Below are positions 27,321 through 35,229 of a DNA stretch of 64,000 nucleotides, piece by piece. Source of the DNA: Verrucomicrobiota bacterium (GTDB lineage Bacteria; Verrucomicrobiota; Verrucomicrobiia; Limisphaerales; UBA11358); assembly GCA_050010675.1 (NCBI GenBank), contig JBEKKN010000004.1:172-64171 (forward strand), written 5' to 3'. Positions within the stretch are counted from its first letter, which is position 1. Each line of letters opens with the position of its first letter. The position numbers were made by a program, and so were the translations under genes. Under the pieces are notes generated by a model. That model saw nothing but the letters and a program-made list of their open reading frames with translations, was not told the DNA's origin and did no database searches.

Positions 27321-27384
27321 GCGGTGGATTTCTGGCATAAAAGCTGCACACTTGGTCGCACCGATGTAACCTGCCCATGCCCTA

Positions 27385-29673
27385 ATGAAACAGCCTTTTA
27401 ACGGCCGGCACACACTCCTTTGGTTGACGTTCTTAACCACGGTTTCGCTGGCCGTCCGCGCGGATCAGATTATTTACGACGATGCGCTTGAAAACGGCTG
27501 GCAAAACTGGGGTTGGACGCTGATCAATTACACCAATACGGCTCCCGTTCATTCCGGTTCAGATTCCATCGCTGTTACGATCACCAATGCTAACCAGGCC
27601 ATTTACATTGCCCACGGGGCCTTTGATTCCAGTTTGTATACGAACTTGACGTTCTGGATCAACGGCGGGCCCACCGGCGGACAGCAATTATCGGTGCAAG
27701 GTCACGCTGGCGGAAACTCACAAGCTTCGACGAACCTGCCGGCGTTGGCCGCAAATACCTGGCAGAAATTTGCAATTCCTCTGAGTACCCTAGGCGTTGC
27801 GAACCAGCCGAATATGGATGGCTTCTGGATCAAGGACCGGCTCGGCTCGGCGCAGCCGACGTTTTATTTGGACGACCTCTCGCTGGTTACCAATGCCATC
27901 ACGGCCGGTACCAACGCAACGGTGACCATCACGGTTGATGCGCTGGCCAACCGGCATTCAATCAGCCCTTTGATTTACGGGACGGCCTTCGCGACCTCGA
28001 ACCAGCTTTCGGATTTGAACTTCACCATGAACCGGTCCGGTGGCAATGCCGAGACGCGCTACAACTGGCAGCTCAACGCGCACAATCACGCCGCCGACTG
28101 GTATTTTGAAAGCATTGATGACGGAAACGCCACCCCCGCCGCCACGGCTGATGCATTTGTAGCCAACAGCAAAAACGGTGGGGCGCAACCGATGATCAGC
28201 ATCCCCATGATTGGCTGGATGCCCAGGCTGGGACCGGGTCGCAGCATCCTCTATAGCTATTCGGTGGCCAAGTACGGCCCGCAGATTTCGACCGATCCTT
28301 ATTTGCCCGATGCCGGCAACGGCAAGACCTCGCCTTCAGGTGCGTCGATCATGACCAACGATCCCACCGACGCCGATTTCCCGACCAACTCCGTTTTTCA
28401 GCAAGGTTACGTCCAGCACCTGATGAACCAGTGGGGTTCTGCCACCAACGGCGGCGTGCGCTTTTACATCATGGATAACGAGGAAAGCATCTGGTTTTCA
28501 ACGCACCAGGACGTTCATCCGGTCGGCCCGACGATGCAGGAAATCCGCAATGATTTCTTTGTTTATGCCAGCATGGTGAAGTCCAACGATCCCAACGCAC
28601 TGGTTTGCGGACCCGAGGAATGGGGCTGGAACGGTTACCTTTACAGCGGTTACGACCAGCAGAATCCAGGCTACACCGATCGCGCGGCCAACGGCGGAGC
28701 GGATTACATGCCGTGGTTGTTGAATCAGATTCACCAGCATGATGTGAGCACCGGCTATCGGTTGCTGGATTATTTCACGCTCCATTGTTATCCGCAGGAA
28801 GGTGCTGTCAGCGGCAATGATGCCTCTCCGTCAACCGAGCTGCTGCGCAACCAGTCCACGCGCGTACTTTGGGACAGCAACTACGTTGATCCCAGCTGGG
28901 TCAACAGTGTCATCATGCTGATTCCCCGCATGAAAAACTGGGTGGCCACCAATTATCCCGGCACGAAGATTGGTGTTACCGAATATAACTGGGGCGCGGA
29001 GACCAATATCAATGGCGCCATCGCCCAGGCCGACCTGCTCGGCATTTTCGGCCGGGAAGGACTTGATCTGGCGACCCGCTGGACCACGCCGGCAAATACG
29101 GCGCCCACCTACAATGCGATGAAGCTATACCGCAATTATGACGGCGATAAATCCACTTTCGGCGACACCAGCGTGCAAGCCACGGTGCCCAACCCGGACA
29201 ATCTTTCGGCCTTTGGCGCCGTGCGAACCAGCGATGGCGCGATGACGCTTATGGTCATCAACAAGGATCTCAACAACGCCACGCCCATCATGGTGAGCCT
29301 CGCCAATTTCAACGCCGCCGGTACCGCCCAACGCTGGCAGCTGACTTCCGCCAACACCATCAACCATCTCGCAAATATGACGCTCACGACCGGGACTCTC
29401 AGCGACCTGCTCCCGGCCCAAAGCATCACGCTGTACGTGTTGTCGGCGACGAACACCTTCAATCTGCAAATTGGCAGCAACCGTCCGTCCGGACAGTTGG
29501 GTTTCTGGCTCAACGGCCAGGCCGGACAATCTTACATCCTCCAATCGTCCACCGATCTGGCCCACTGGTCAGCCGTCAACACCAACCTGTTGGCGAGCAA
29601 TTCATTTGAATTTTTAATGCCCACGACCAATACCATGCAGATGTTTTATCGCGGCCTGTTGGACAGCCCGTGA
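27385..29673 (+). CDS. secreted glycoside hydrolase, probably GH44 family, with an N-terminal CBM-like domain and a C-terminal beta-sandwich domain
   Basis: There is a signal peptide. ...ISPLIYGTAF...NRSGGNAETRYNWQLNAHNHAADWYFE... and ...GVTEYNWGAE... resemble GH44 catalytic-domain blocks as I recall them. Confidence 0.6.
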   Translation: MKQPFNGRHTLLWLTFLTTVSLAVRADQIIYDDALENGWQNWGWTLINYTNTAPVHSGSDSIAVTITNANQAIYIAHGAFDSSLYTNLTFWINGGPTGGQQLSVQGHAGGNSQASTNLPALAANTWQKFAIPLSTLGVANQPNMDGFWIKDRLGSAQPTFYLDDLSLVTNAITAGTNATVTITVDALANRHSISPLIYGTAFATSNQLSDLNFTMNRSGGNAETRYNWQLNAHNHAADWYFESIDDGNATPAATADAFVANSKNGGAQPMISIPMIGWMPRLGPGRSILYSYSVAKYGPQISTDPYLPDAGNGKTSPSGASIMTNDPTDADFPTNSVFQQGYVQHLMNQWGSATNGGVRFYIMDNEESIWFSTHQDVHPVGPTMQEIRNDFFVYASMVKSNDPNALVCGPEEWGWNGYLYSGYDQQNPGYTDRAANGGADYMPWLLNQIHQHDVSTGYRLLDYFTLHCYPQEGAVSGNDASPSTELLRNQSTRVLWDSNYVDPSWVNSVIMLIPRMKNWVATNYPGTKIGVTEYNWGAETNINGAIAQADLLGIFGREGLDLATRWTTPANTAPTYNAMKLYRNYDGDKSTFGDTSVQATVPNPDNLSAFGAVRTSDGAMTLMVINKDLNNATPIMVSLANFNAAGTAQRWQLTSANTINHLANMTLTTGTLSDLLPAQSITLYVLSATNTFNLQIGSNRPSGQLGFWLNGQAGQSYILQSSTDLAHWSAVNTNLLASNSFEFLMPTTNTMQMFYRGLLDSP

Positions 29674-29701
29674 AGCCAAACCGGCCCGCGGGGCCGGGTC
29701 C

Positions 29702-31165
29702 GTGGTCTGGCTTCGTTCTTTTTTGACGCTGAACATTTTGGGGCTTACTGTCTTCGGCGTGGACGCTGTCTCTTCCAATGAAAAATCCCTGGCGGACGCC
29801 GCGCATTTTGTTCGTGGGCAAATTCCGGGTGGCGGCCTTTTTGCGGGACTGGACTGGCGGATTTCGCCGGAGCCGTTTCCGCTCGGGGAAAATCTGGCGC
29901 GGGAAATTGAATCGCTGGGCCGTGTGCTGTTGCAATTTTATCGCGCGGTCAACCTGCTCTACCGGCGCAGCGTGGAAGGCAGACAACCGGCGTGGATTGC
30001 CGAACTGCTGGACCAGGGCAAACCTGCCGGTTTGATTGAGCTTCAGCGTTCGCCCGCGTTCAAGAGCGAGGTGCCGCGCGTGATTCGGCCGGACATTTTG
30101 TTGACCGAATCCGGTTTTAGCATCACCGAACTCGATTCCGTGCCCGGGGGCATCGGCCTGACGGCGTGGTTGGGGCAGACGTATTCCAACCTTGGGAGGG
30201 ACGGCATGTCGCCGTCCCAAACTTCGGAAACACCAACAGACAAATTAGGGACAGCGACACGCCGTCCCTCCCAGGAATTAATCGGCACCGCGGACGGAAT
30301 GGTGCGCGGGTTTGAAAGCATCTTCGGCGACGCCAAACAGGTTCACATCATTGTGTCCGAGGAAGCCGCGACCTACCGGCCGGAAATGGAATGGATCTCG
30401 AAGGAAGTGCGAAGTGCGAAGTGCGAAGTGCGCAGCGCGGAATTCACAGATTTCGCCGAGGGCGATGCGGTTTACCGCTTCTTCGAGCTGTTCGACCTGG
30501 CCAACGTGCCGGATTCGAAAAGGATTTTTGGACTGGCGGCTGAAAAACGGATCCGGCTGACACCACCGCCGAAACCCCTGTTTGAGGAAAAGCTGCTGTT
30601 CGCGCTGTTGTGGAACCGGAATTTGCGCGACTTTTGGCGCGGAGAACTGGGCGAGAGCTTTCTGGCACGCCTGCAAAAAGTGATTCCTTACACGTGGGCG
30701 GTGGATCCGACCCCGCTGCCGCCGCACGCGGCGATACCCGAATTGAACCTCACCGACTGGCAGCAGCTCAAAACGCTGTCGCAACGCCAACGCGAATTGA
30801 TTTTGAAGGTGTCCGGTTTTTCCGAACACGCCTGGGGCGCACGCGGCGTTTATCTCGGCAGCGACCTGTCGCACGCGGACTGGAGCGCGGCGGTGGACCG
30901 GGCCCTCGCGAGCTTCCCGACCTCGCCCTTCGTCCTGCAACGCTATGAGAAACCGAAAACCGTCGAGGCACAGTGGTACGATTTCGAAAAGAACGCCGTC
31001 GTGCCGATGAAGGGGCGGGTCCGTTTGTGCCCGTATTATTTCGTTGCCGGTGAAGGGGATGCGGCGCGCCCGCAATTGGGCGGAGTGCTGGCAACCATTG
31101 TTCCCGCCGATAAAAAAATTGTTCACGGCATGAGCGACGCGATTCTTGCACCGTGCGCGGTCTAG
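29702..31165 (+). CDS. uncharacterised ATP-grasp-like protein carrying an in-frame palindromic insert and a heptamer repeat tract
   Basis: A continuous 487-codon ORF. ...RVIRPDILLTESGFSITELDSVPGG... and the C-terminal ...LILKVSGFSEHAWGARGVYLG...FVLQRY...GRVRLCPYYF...GGVLATIVP...HGMSDAILAPC have ATP-grasp-like logic. The family is not identified and the start is uncertain. Confidence 0.55.
   Translation: MVWLRSFLTLNILGLTVFGVDAVSSNEKSLADAAHFVRGQIPGGGLFAGLDWRISPEPFPLGENLAREIESLGRVLLQFYRAVNLLYRRSVEGRQPAWIAELLDQGKPAGLIELQRSPAFKSEVPRVIRPDILLTESGFSITELDSVPGGIGLTAWLGQTYSNLGRDGMSPSQTSETPTDKLGTATRRPSQELIGTADGMVRGFESIFGDAKQVHIIVSEEAATYRPEMEWISKEVRSAKCEVRSAEFTDFAEGDAVYRFFELFDLANVPDSKRIFGLAAEKRIRLTPPPKPLFEEKLLFALLWNRNLRDFWRGELGESFLARLQKVIPYTWAVDPTPLPPHAAIPELNLTDWQQLKTLSQRQRELILKVSGFSEHAWGARGVYLGSDLSHADWSAAVDRALASFPTSPFVLQRYEKPKTVEAQWYDFEKNAVVPMKGRVRLCPYYFVAGEGDAARPQLGGVLATIVPADKKIVHGMSDAILAPCAV
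30193..30273. repeat. 81-nt inverted pair of 'GRDG' palindromic units inside the CDS 29702..31165
   Basis: The left unit is TGGGAGGGACGGCATGTCGCCGTCCC (30193-30218). The right unit is GGGACAGCGACACGCCGTCCCTCCCA (30248-30273). They are reverse complements apart from 2 mismatches. The length is 27 codons exactly. Confidence 0.8.
30404..30438. repeat. tandem heptanucleotide repeat (GAAGTGC)x4 plus one degenerate unit GCAGCGC, inside a CDS
   Basis: Read directly from the sequence: 30404-30431 is four perfect GAAGTGC units. It is translated as EVRSAKCEVRSA. Confidence 0.9.
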
Positions 31166-31228
31166 CCGGCTCGCAGATTTTATTGACTGGCGCGCCGGCA
31201 CTTTTGGTTTTACTGTTGGGAAGGCCGC

Positions 31229-32104
31229 ATGCCCTCAAAAACCCAGCGTGGTGATGCGAAAACGACGACGCCGGTGCGTCGCCACGCGGCACTGCTTAAT
31301 CTGCTGGCGGACGAAAACGCGGAGGTTTATCAGGCGGTGCGCGGGCAAATTCTGGCCGAGGGCAGCGCCGCAAGTGAATGGCTGAAACCCCACACCTTGA
31401 GCAACGACCCGCTGTTGCGCCGGCGCGTCCAGGAAATCCTCCGGCACGTGGAGAGGCAGGCGGCCGACAATCGCTTTCTCAGCTTCTGCCTCAACCACGG
31501 CGAGGAATTTGACCTGGAACTGGCGGCATGGCTGCTGGCCCAAACGTACTTTCCCGAAATCAACGTGGAGGCGTACCAGGCGCTGCTCGACGGTTATGCG
31601 AATGCACTGCGTGAACGCACGGATCGTCACGGACGCGCGAATGCGGTGTTGGGAAAGATCAGCGACTACCTTTTCGGCGAGCTCGGCTTCAAGGGGAACG
31701 AACAAAATTATTACGAACCCGACAACAGCTACCTGAATCGCGTACTCGACCGGCGGACGGGCAATCCCATCACCCTTTGCTTGTTTTATATGCTGCTGGC
31801 GCGGCGGCTGCAGTTGCCGATTGTCGGCATCGGCCTGCCGGGCCATTTCATTTGCCGCCACCAATCCGCGTCCGGCGAGATCTACGTGGACGTCTTCAAC
31901 CGCGGACGCCTGCTGACCAAGGCCGATTGCGTGCATTACCTGGTGCGCGGCAATTACGACCTGCGCGAGGAATATCTCGCCCCGGTCAGCCCGCGCCGGA
32001 TTTTTTTGCGGATCTGCAGCAACCTGCACCAGATCTACCTTGAACTGGGCTTGAAGGACGACGCCACCCGCGTGCAACGTTACCTTGTGGCATTGGCGCG
32101 TTGA
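31229..32104 (+). CDS. transglutaminase-like/TPR protein (SirB1/YchA-like)
   Basis: ...YYEPDNSYLNRVLDRRTGNPITLCLFYMLLARRLQLPIVGIGLPGHFICRH... matches the transglutaminase-like core with its Cys and His. The C-terminal region is helical and TPR-like. Confidence 0.7.
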   Translation: MPSKTQRGDAKTTTPVRRHAALLNLLADENAEVYQAVRGQILAEGSAASEWLKPHTLSNDPLLRRRVQEILRHVERQAADNRFLSFCLNHGEEFDLELAAWLLAQTYFPEINVEAYQALLDGYANALRERTDRHGRANAVLGKISDYLFGELGFKGNEQNYYEPDNSYLNRVLDRRTGNPITLCLFYMLLARRLQLPIVGIGLPGHFICRHQSASGEIYVDVFNRGRLLTKADCVHYLVRGNYDLREEYLAPVSPRRIFLRICSNLHQIYLELGLKDDATRVQRYLVALAR

Positions 32105-32144
32105 CTTGCCAAACCGCCGCGCACCGCGTAAAGGTAATGTCGGC

Positions 32145-32219
32145 GCCAGTTTAGCTCAGTGGTAGAGCAACGGTTTTGTAAACCGTCGGTCGTCGGTTCA
32201 AATCCGACAACTGGCTCCA
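32145..32219 (+). tRNA. tRNA-Thr (anticodon UGU), CCA encoded
   Basis: A manual cloverleaf fits: acceptor GCCAGTT/AACTGGC, D stem GCTC/GAGC, anticodon stem ACGGT/ACCGT with loop TT-TGT-AA, and T stem GTCGG/CCGAC with loop TTCAAAT. Confidence 0.9.
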
Positions 32220-32285
32220 GTCTTCCTTGAGCTTGTCATTGCGCCGTTGGCCAAATTCGGAAACACTTCATTCGGAAGGAATTTC

Positions 32286-33647
32286 ATGCCCCGCAAAACG
32301 TCAATACGGCCAAATTCAGCGGCGTCGGTGATGATTCTCGGCGTCGGCTCGTTCGCGCACAGCCTCGGACGCACGCTGGCCGATGCCGGCATGACCGTCT
32401 CCACCTACCTCACCCGCAATTATGGACATTTCCCACCGTCACTCGTCGGACCGACCTTTTCGCGCGACGCATTTCCCAGCCCCATCCCGCTCATCAGGAA
32501 AAACGAAATCGACGTCGTCATTCCGCAATCCATCGACTGGGCGCTCGCGCCGTGGGCGAAGGATTTGATGAAATCCGGTGTCGGGATCTTCAGCCCCACG
32601 CGCGAGGCGATGCGCATCGAGCGGGAACGGGATTTCGCCCGTAAACTCTGCGCCGACTTCAAGATTCCGTTTCCGCAGGCTTACGTGGCCTCAAACCGGC
32701 TCGAAGCTGAAAAAATCCTGGCGGACCATCCGCAGCCGTTCGTCATCAAAAACCCGCTCTGCTCGCCCACCAGTCCGATTCACACGATTTTGTGCGAAAC
32801 CGTCGAGGACACGCGCGCCTGGCTGCGGCACGTCAATTATGCCGAAGGCGTCTTTTTACAGGAATACCTTGGGCGCGCCGAGGCCGGGCACATTGCACTA
32901 GTGAGTGGCGGGGAGATTTATTCCCTCGTCACCAATCAGGAATACAAATACGCCTTCAACGGCAATCAGGGCATTGTCGCCGGCGCGCCGCTCGGCGGCC
33001 TGGTCGAGCGCGATCCGGACGACCAATACGGCCTGGCGCGCGGGCTAATTCACCCGCTGTTGCCCTGGCTGCGCAAAGTTAAATACCACGGTCCGATCCA
33101 GGTAACGGCCGTTAAAACAGGGCGGGCTTCCCACCCGGGAGCGCCGGCGTCTCGCCGGCGTGTTGCCGAAAAACCGGCCGGCGGGACGCCGGCGCTCCCA
33201 GGGCAATGGCACGTCATCGAATACAACATCCGCATCGGCGTCACGTCCGGCCCGATGATTTTGCGGATGCTGAAAAATCCGGTGGAAACTGTTTTGCGAA
33301 CCACGCGAAATGAAAAACTTGACCCGCAATTCAAGCCCGGACTGAATTTCGGCTGCTCCCTGACCCTGGCCGGCTACGGCTATCCGTTCACGCAGGTCCG
33401 CAGCCCGCATCTGCCGCTGGAGGTGGACGGTCCGTTCGATTGCGATGTGTGGTGGAATGAAGTGGCCCGCGGCACGGATGGCAAACTGGTTTCCACGGGC
33501 CACCGCATTGCCGATGTGATTGCACTCGCGCCAATGCTGGACGCCGCCATTTCCAAAGCTTACGCGAACATCCGCAAAATCCGCGTCGTGGGCAGCTATT
33601 TCCGCACGGACATCGGCCAAAGCCTGTGGCCGCCGGGTACCGTTTAA
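32286..33647 (+). CDS. PurD-like ATP-grasp protein (function uncertain) with an in-frame palindromic insert
   Basis: The Rossmann-like N-terminus is VMILGVGSFAHSLG. The ATP-grasp core reads ...PFVIKNPLCSP...GVFLQEYL...HVIEYNIRIG.... It diverges from canonical PurD. The ATG at 32286 is preferred because the ORF start at 32247 is only 28 nt from the tRNA. Confidence 0.6.
   Translation: MPRKTSIRPNSAASVMILGVGSFAHSLGRTLADAGMTVSTYLTRNYGHFPPSLVGPTFSRDAFPSPIPLIRKNEIDVVIPQSIDWALAPWAKDLMKSGVGIFSPTREAMRIERERDFARKLCADFKIPFPQAYVASNRLEAEKILADHPQPFVIKNPLCSPTSPIHTILCETVEDTRAWLRHVNYAEGVFLQEYLGRAEAGHIALVSGGEIYSLVTNQEYKYAFNGNQGIVAGAPLGGLVERDPDDQYGLARGLIHPLLPWLRKVKYHGPIQVTAVKTGRASHPGAPASRRRVAEKPAGGTPALPGQWHVIEYNIRIGVTSGPMILRMLKNPVETVLRTTRNEKLDPQFKPGLNFGCSLTLAGYGYPFTQVRSPHLPLEVDGPFDCDVWWNEVARGTDGKLVSTGHRIADVIALAPMLDAAISKAYANIRKIRVVGSYFRTDIGQSLWPPGTV
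33137..33199. repeat. 63-nt inverted pair of 'GRDG'-family units inside the CDS 32286..33647
   Basis: The left unit is GGGAGCGCCGGCGTCTCGCCGGC (33137-33159) and the right unit is GCCGGCGGGACGCCGGCGCTCCC (33177-33199). They are reverse complements with 1 mismatch. The length is 21 codons exactly. Confidence 0.8.
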
Positions 33648-33652
33648 TTTTC

Positions 33653-33683
33653 AACCACGGATGGACACAGATGGACACGGATA
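33653..33683 (+). repeat. decamer 'word' repeat AACCACGGATGGACACAGATGGACACGGATA
   Basis: It lies directly after the stop of the PurD-like gene. Related copies are at 35056-35084 (+) and 35191-35224 (-), with a partial copy at about 22481-22500. Confidence 0.7.
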
Positions 33684-33865
33684 AGGAATAGATTAATGGA
33701 TTCGTGGATTGATGGATGGGGTGAGCAGAGGGCGTTCTGGATTTTCCAATAATCCCATCATCCAACAATCCGTTTTCTGAAAATCCGTGTCGATCGGTGG
33801 TTAACGAGCAGTTCGTTTTTCCGTGCCATTTGGCATGATTCGTGGTTAAACAGTCTCAACGTTTT

Positions 33866-35050
33866 ATGAATTTCGATTCGACTAGTTTTCCCTTGCGGCC
33901 GGCGTGGACCGAGATTGACCTCGGCCGGTTGCGAAACAACCTGCGGCTCATCCGCCGCGACCTGCCCAAGCACGTGCGGCTGCTCGCCGTCGTGAAGGAC
34001 GAAGCGTACGGCCATGGCGCCCTCGACGTGGCCCGCATCGCACTTGAAGAAGGCGCGTGGGGCTTCGGCCTCAGTACGCTGGAAGAGGCGATGGCCCTTC
34101 GCGATGCCGGAATCACCGAGCCGCTGCTGTTGCTGGGCGAACGGCAGGAAGCCGAACTCCCATGGTGCGTCGAGCATGACCTGACTGTCTGCGTCAACGA
34201 GCCACACGCCGTTCGCAAACTCGCACAGATCGCCGCCGCCCACGGCAAACGGGTGCCCGTGCACGTGAAGATTCACACCGGTATGAGCCGTTACGGCGTG
34301 CGCTGGGACGAAGCCCTGCCACTCATCGAACAGATTTGTTCCGAAAAATCGCTGCTGCTCGAGGGTGCCATGACGCACTTCGCACAATCGGACGAAACCG
34401 ACAAGACGTTTGCGAACCTCCAGTTTTCGCGCTACCGCGAGGTCTTGCGCGCGATGGAACAGCGGAAAATTCCTGTGAAACTGCGCCACACGTGCAACAG
34501 CGGCGGTTTTCTTGATTTGCCTCAGGCGCACCTCGACATGGTGCGGGTGGGCATTTTGCTGTACGGCGTTTTTCCTTCGTCGGTGTGCCGCCGGATTCCC
34601 GGCATTGAACCGGTGATGTCGGTCAAGGCGCGCATCGCGGCAATTCAAAAACTGAAACCCGGCGAGGTGGTCGGTTACGGCATGCGTTACACGGCCTCAT
34701 CGGAACGGCGTATCGCCATTCTGCCCATCGGTTACGGCGACGGTTTCCCGCGCGTGCGCAACCAGGGCGGCGCCCTCATCCGCGGCCAGCGGGCCCCGCT
34801 GATTGGTGGTATTGCCATGGACGCGTTGATGGTGGACATCACGGACATTCCCGAGGCGCAACTGTGGGACGAAGCCGTCATCATGGGCCGCCAGGGCAAT
34901 GAGGAAATCACCGTGCACGACATGGCCAAGCTGAAAAACTCGGTGAGCTACGATGTGCTGACCAACTGGCGGCTGCGCCTGCGGCGCCAATCGGTGAACG
35001 GCAAATCCGCGCCGGTAAAAATCGAAGTCGAAACCGCCGTTACAAAATAA
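33866..35050 (+). CDS. alr: alanine racemase
   Basis: AVVKDEAYGHG contains the PLP lysine. ...MSRYGV... and ...VGYGMRY... are present. The ATG at 33866 is preferred over the GTG at 33842. Confidence 0.9.
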   Translation: MNFDSTSFPLRPAWTEIDLGRLRNNLRLIRRDLPKHVRLLAVVKDEAYGHGALDVARIALEEGAWGFGLSTLEEAMALRDAGITEPLLLLGERQEAELPWCVEHDLTVCVNEPHAVRKLAQIAAAHGKRVPVHVKIHTGMSRYGVRWDEALPLIEQICSEKSLLLEGAMTHFAQSDETDKTFANLQFSRYREVLRAMEQRKIPVKLRHTCNSGGFLDLPQAHLDMVRVGILLYGVFPSSVCRRIPGIEPVMSVKARIAAIQKLKPGEVVGYGMRYTASSERRIAILPIGYGDGFPRVRNQGGALIRGQRAPLIGGIAMDALMVDITDIPEAQLWDEAVIMGRQGNEEITVHDMAKLKNSVSYDVLTNWRLRLRRQSVNGKSAPVKIEVETAVTK

Positions 35051-35055
35051 TTTTT

Positions 35056-35084
35056 ACCACGGATGAACACAGATAAACACGGAT
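35056..35084 (+). repeat. degenerate copy of the CCACGGATGGACAC decamer-word repeat
   Basis: The sequence is ACCACGGATGAACACAGATAAACACGGAT, immediately after the alr stop. Confidence 0.6.
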
Positions 35085-35190
35085 TCCAAATGCTGACGCA
35101 GGCAGGGCGCGTCAATCCATGCGCGCCGCTCGCTGCGGACGAACATCACCGCCCGGAAAACGGCGGGCAGAGGACCGCTTGCTTTGCCAA

Positions 35191-35224
35191 CATCCGTGTC
35201 CATCCGTGTCCATCCGTGGTTGAT
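35191..35224 (-). repeat. inverted copy of the decamer-word repeat (CATCCGTGTC x2, then CATCCGTGGTTGA)
   Basis: The reverse complement is TCAACCACGGATGGACACGGATGGACACGGATG. Together with 35056-35084 it forms an inverted pair about 105 nt apart. Confidence 0.7.
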
Positions 35225-35229
35225 CTGCG

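Noticed and set aside
29702-31165. Interpreting the ORF as two genes joined by an intergenic region, because it contains two kinds of normally intergenic repeats.
   Set aside because: The frame stays open across both repeats. The 130 nt between them (..ELIGTADGMVRGFESIFGDAKQVHIIVSEEAATYRPEMEWISKE..) reads like ordinary coding sequence, and both repeat blocks keep the frame. This remains the main alternative to the in-frame-insertion reading.
32286-33647. Calling this gene purD (phosphoribosylamine-glycine ligase).
   Set aside because: The ATP-grasp fold and the ..IEYN.R.G.. block are PurD-like. However, the N-terminus and several canonical PurD blocks are not recognisable by eye, so only a family-level call is justified.
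33653-35224. Whether the tandem word repeats, or those at 4700, 16615 and 30404, represent a CRISPR array.
   Set aside because: The units are 6-10 nt and directly tandem or inverted. There is no 25-40-nt repeat with unique spacers, and no cas genes are nearby.
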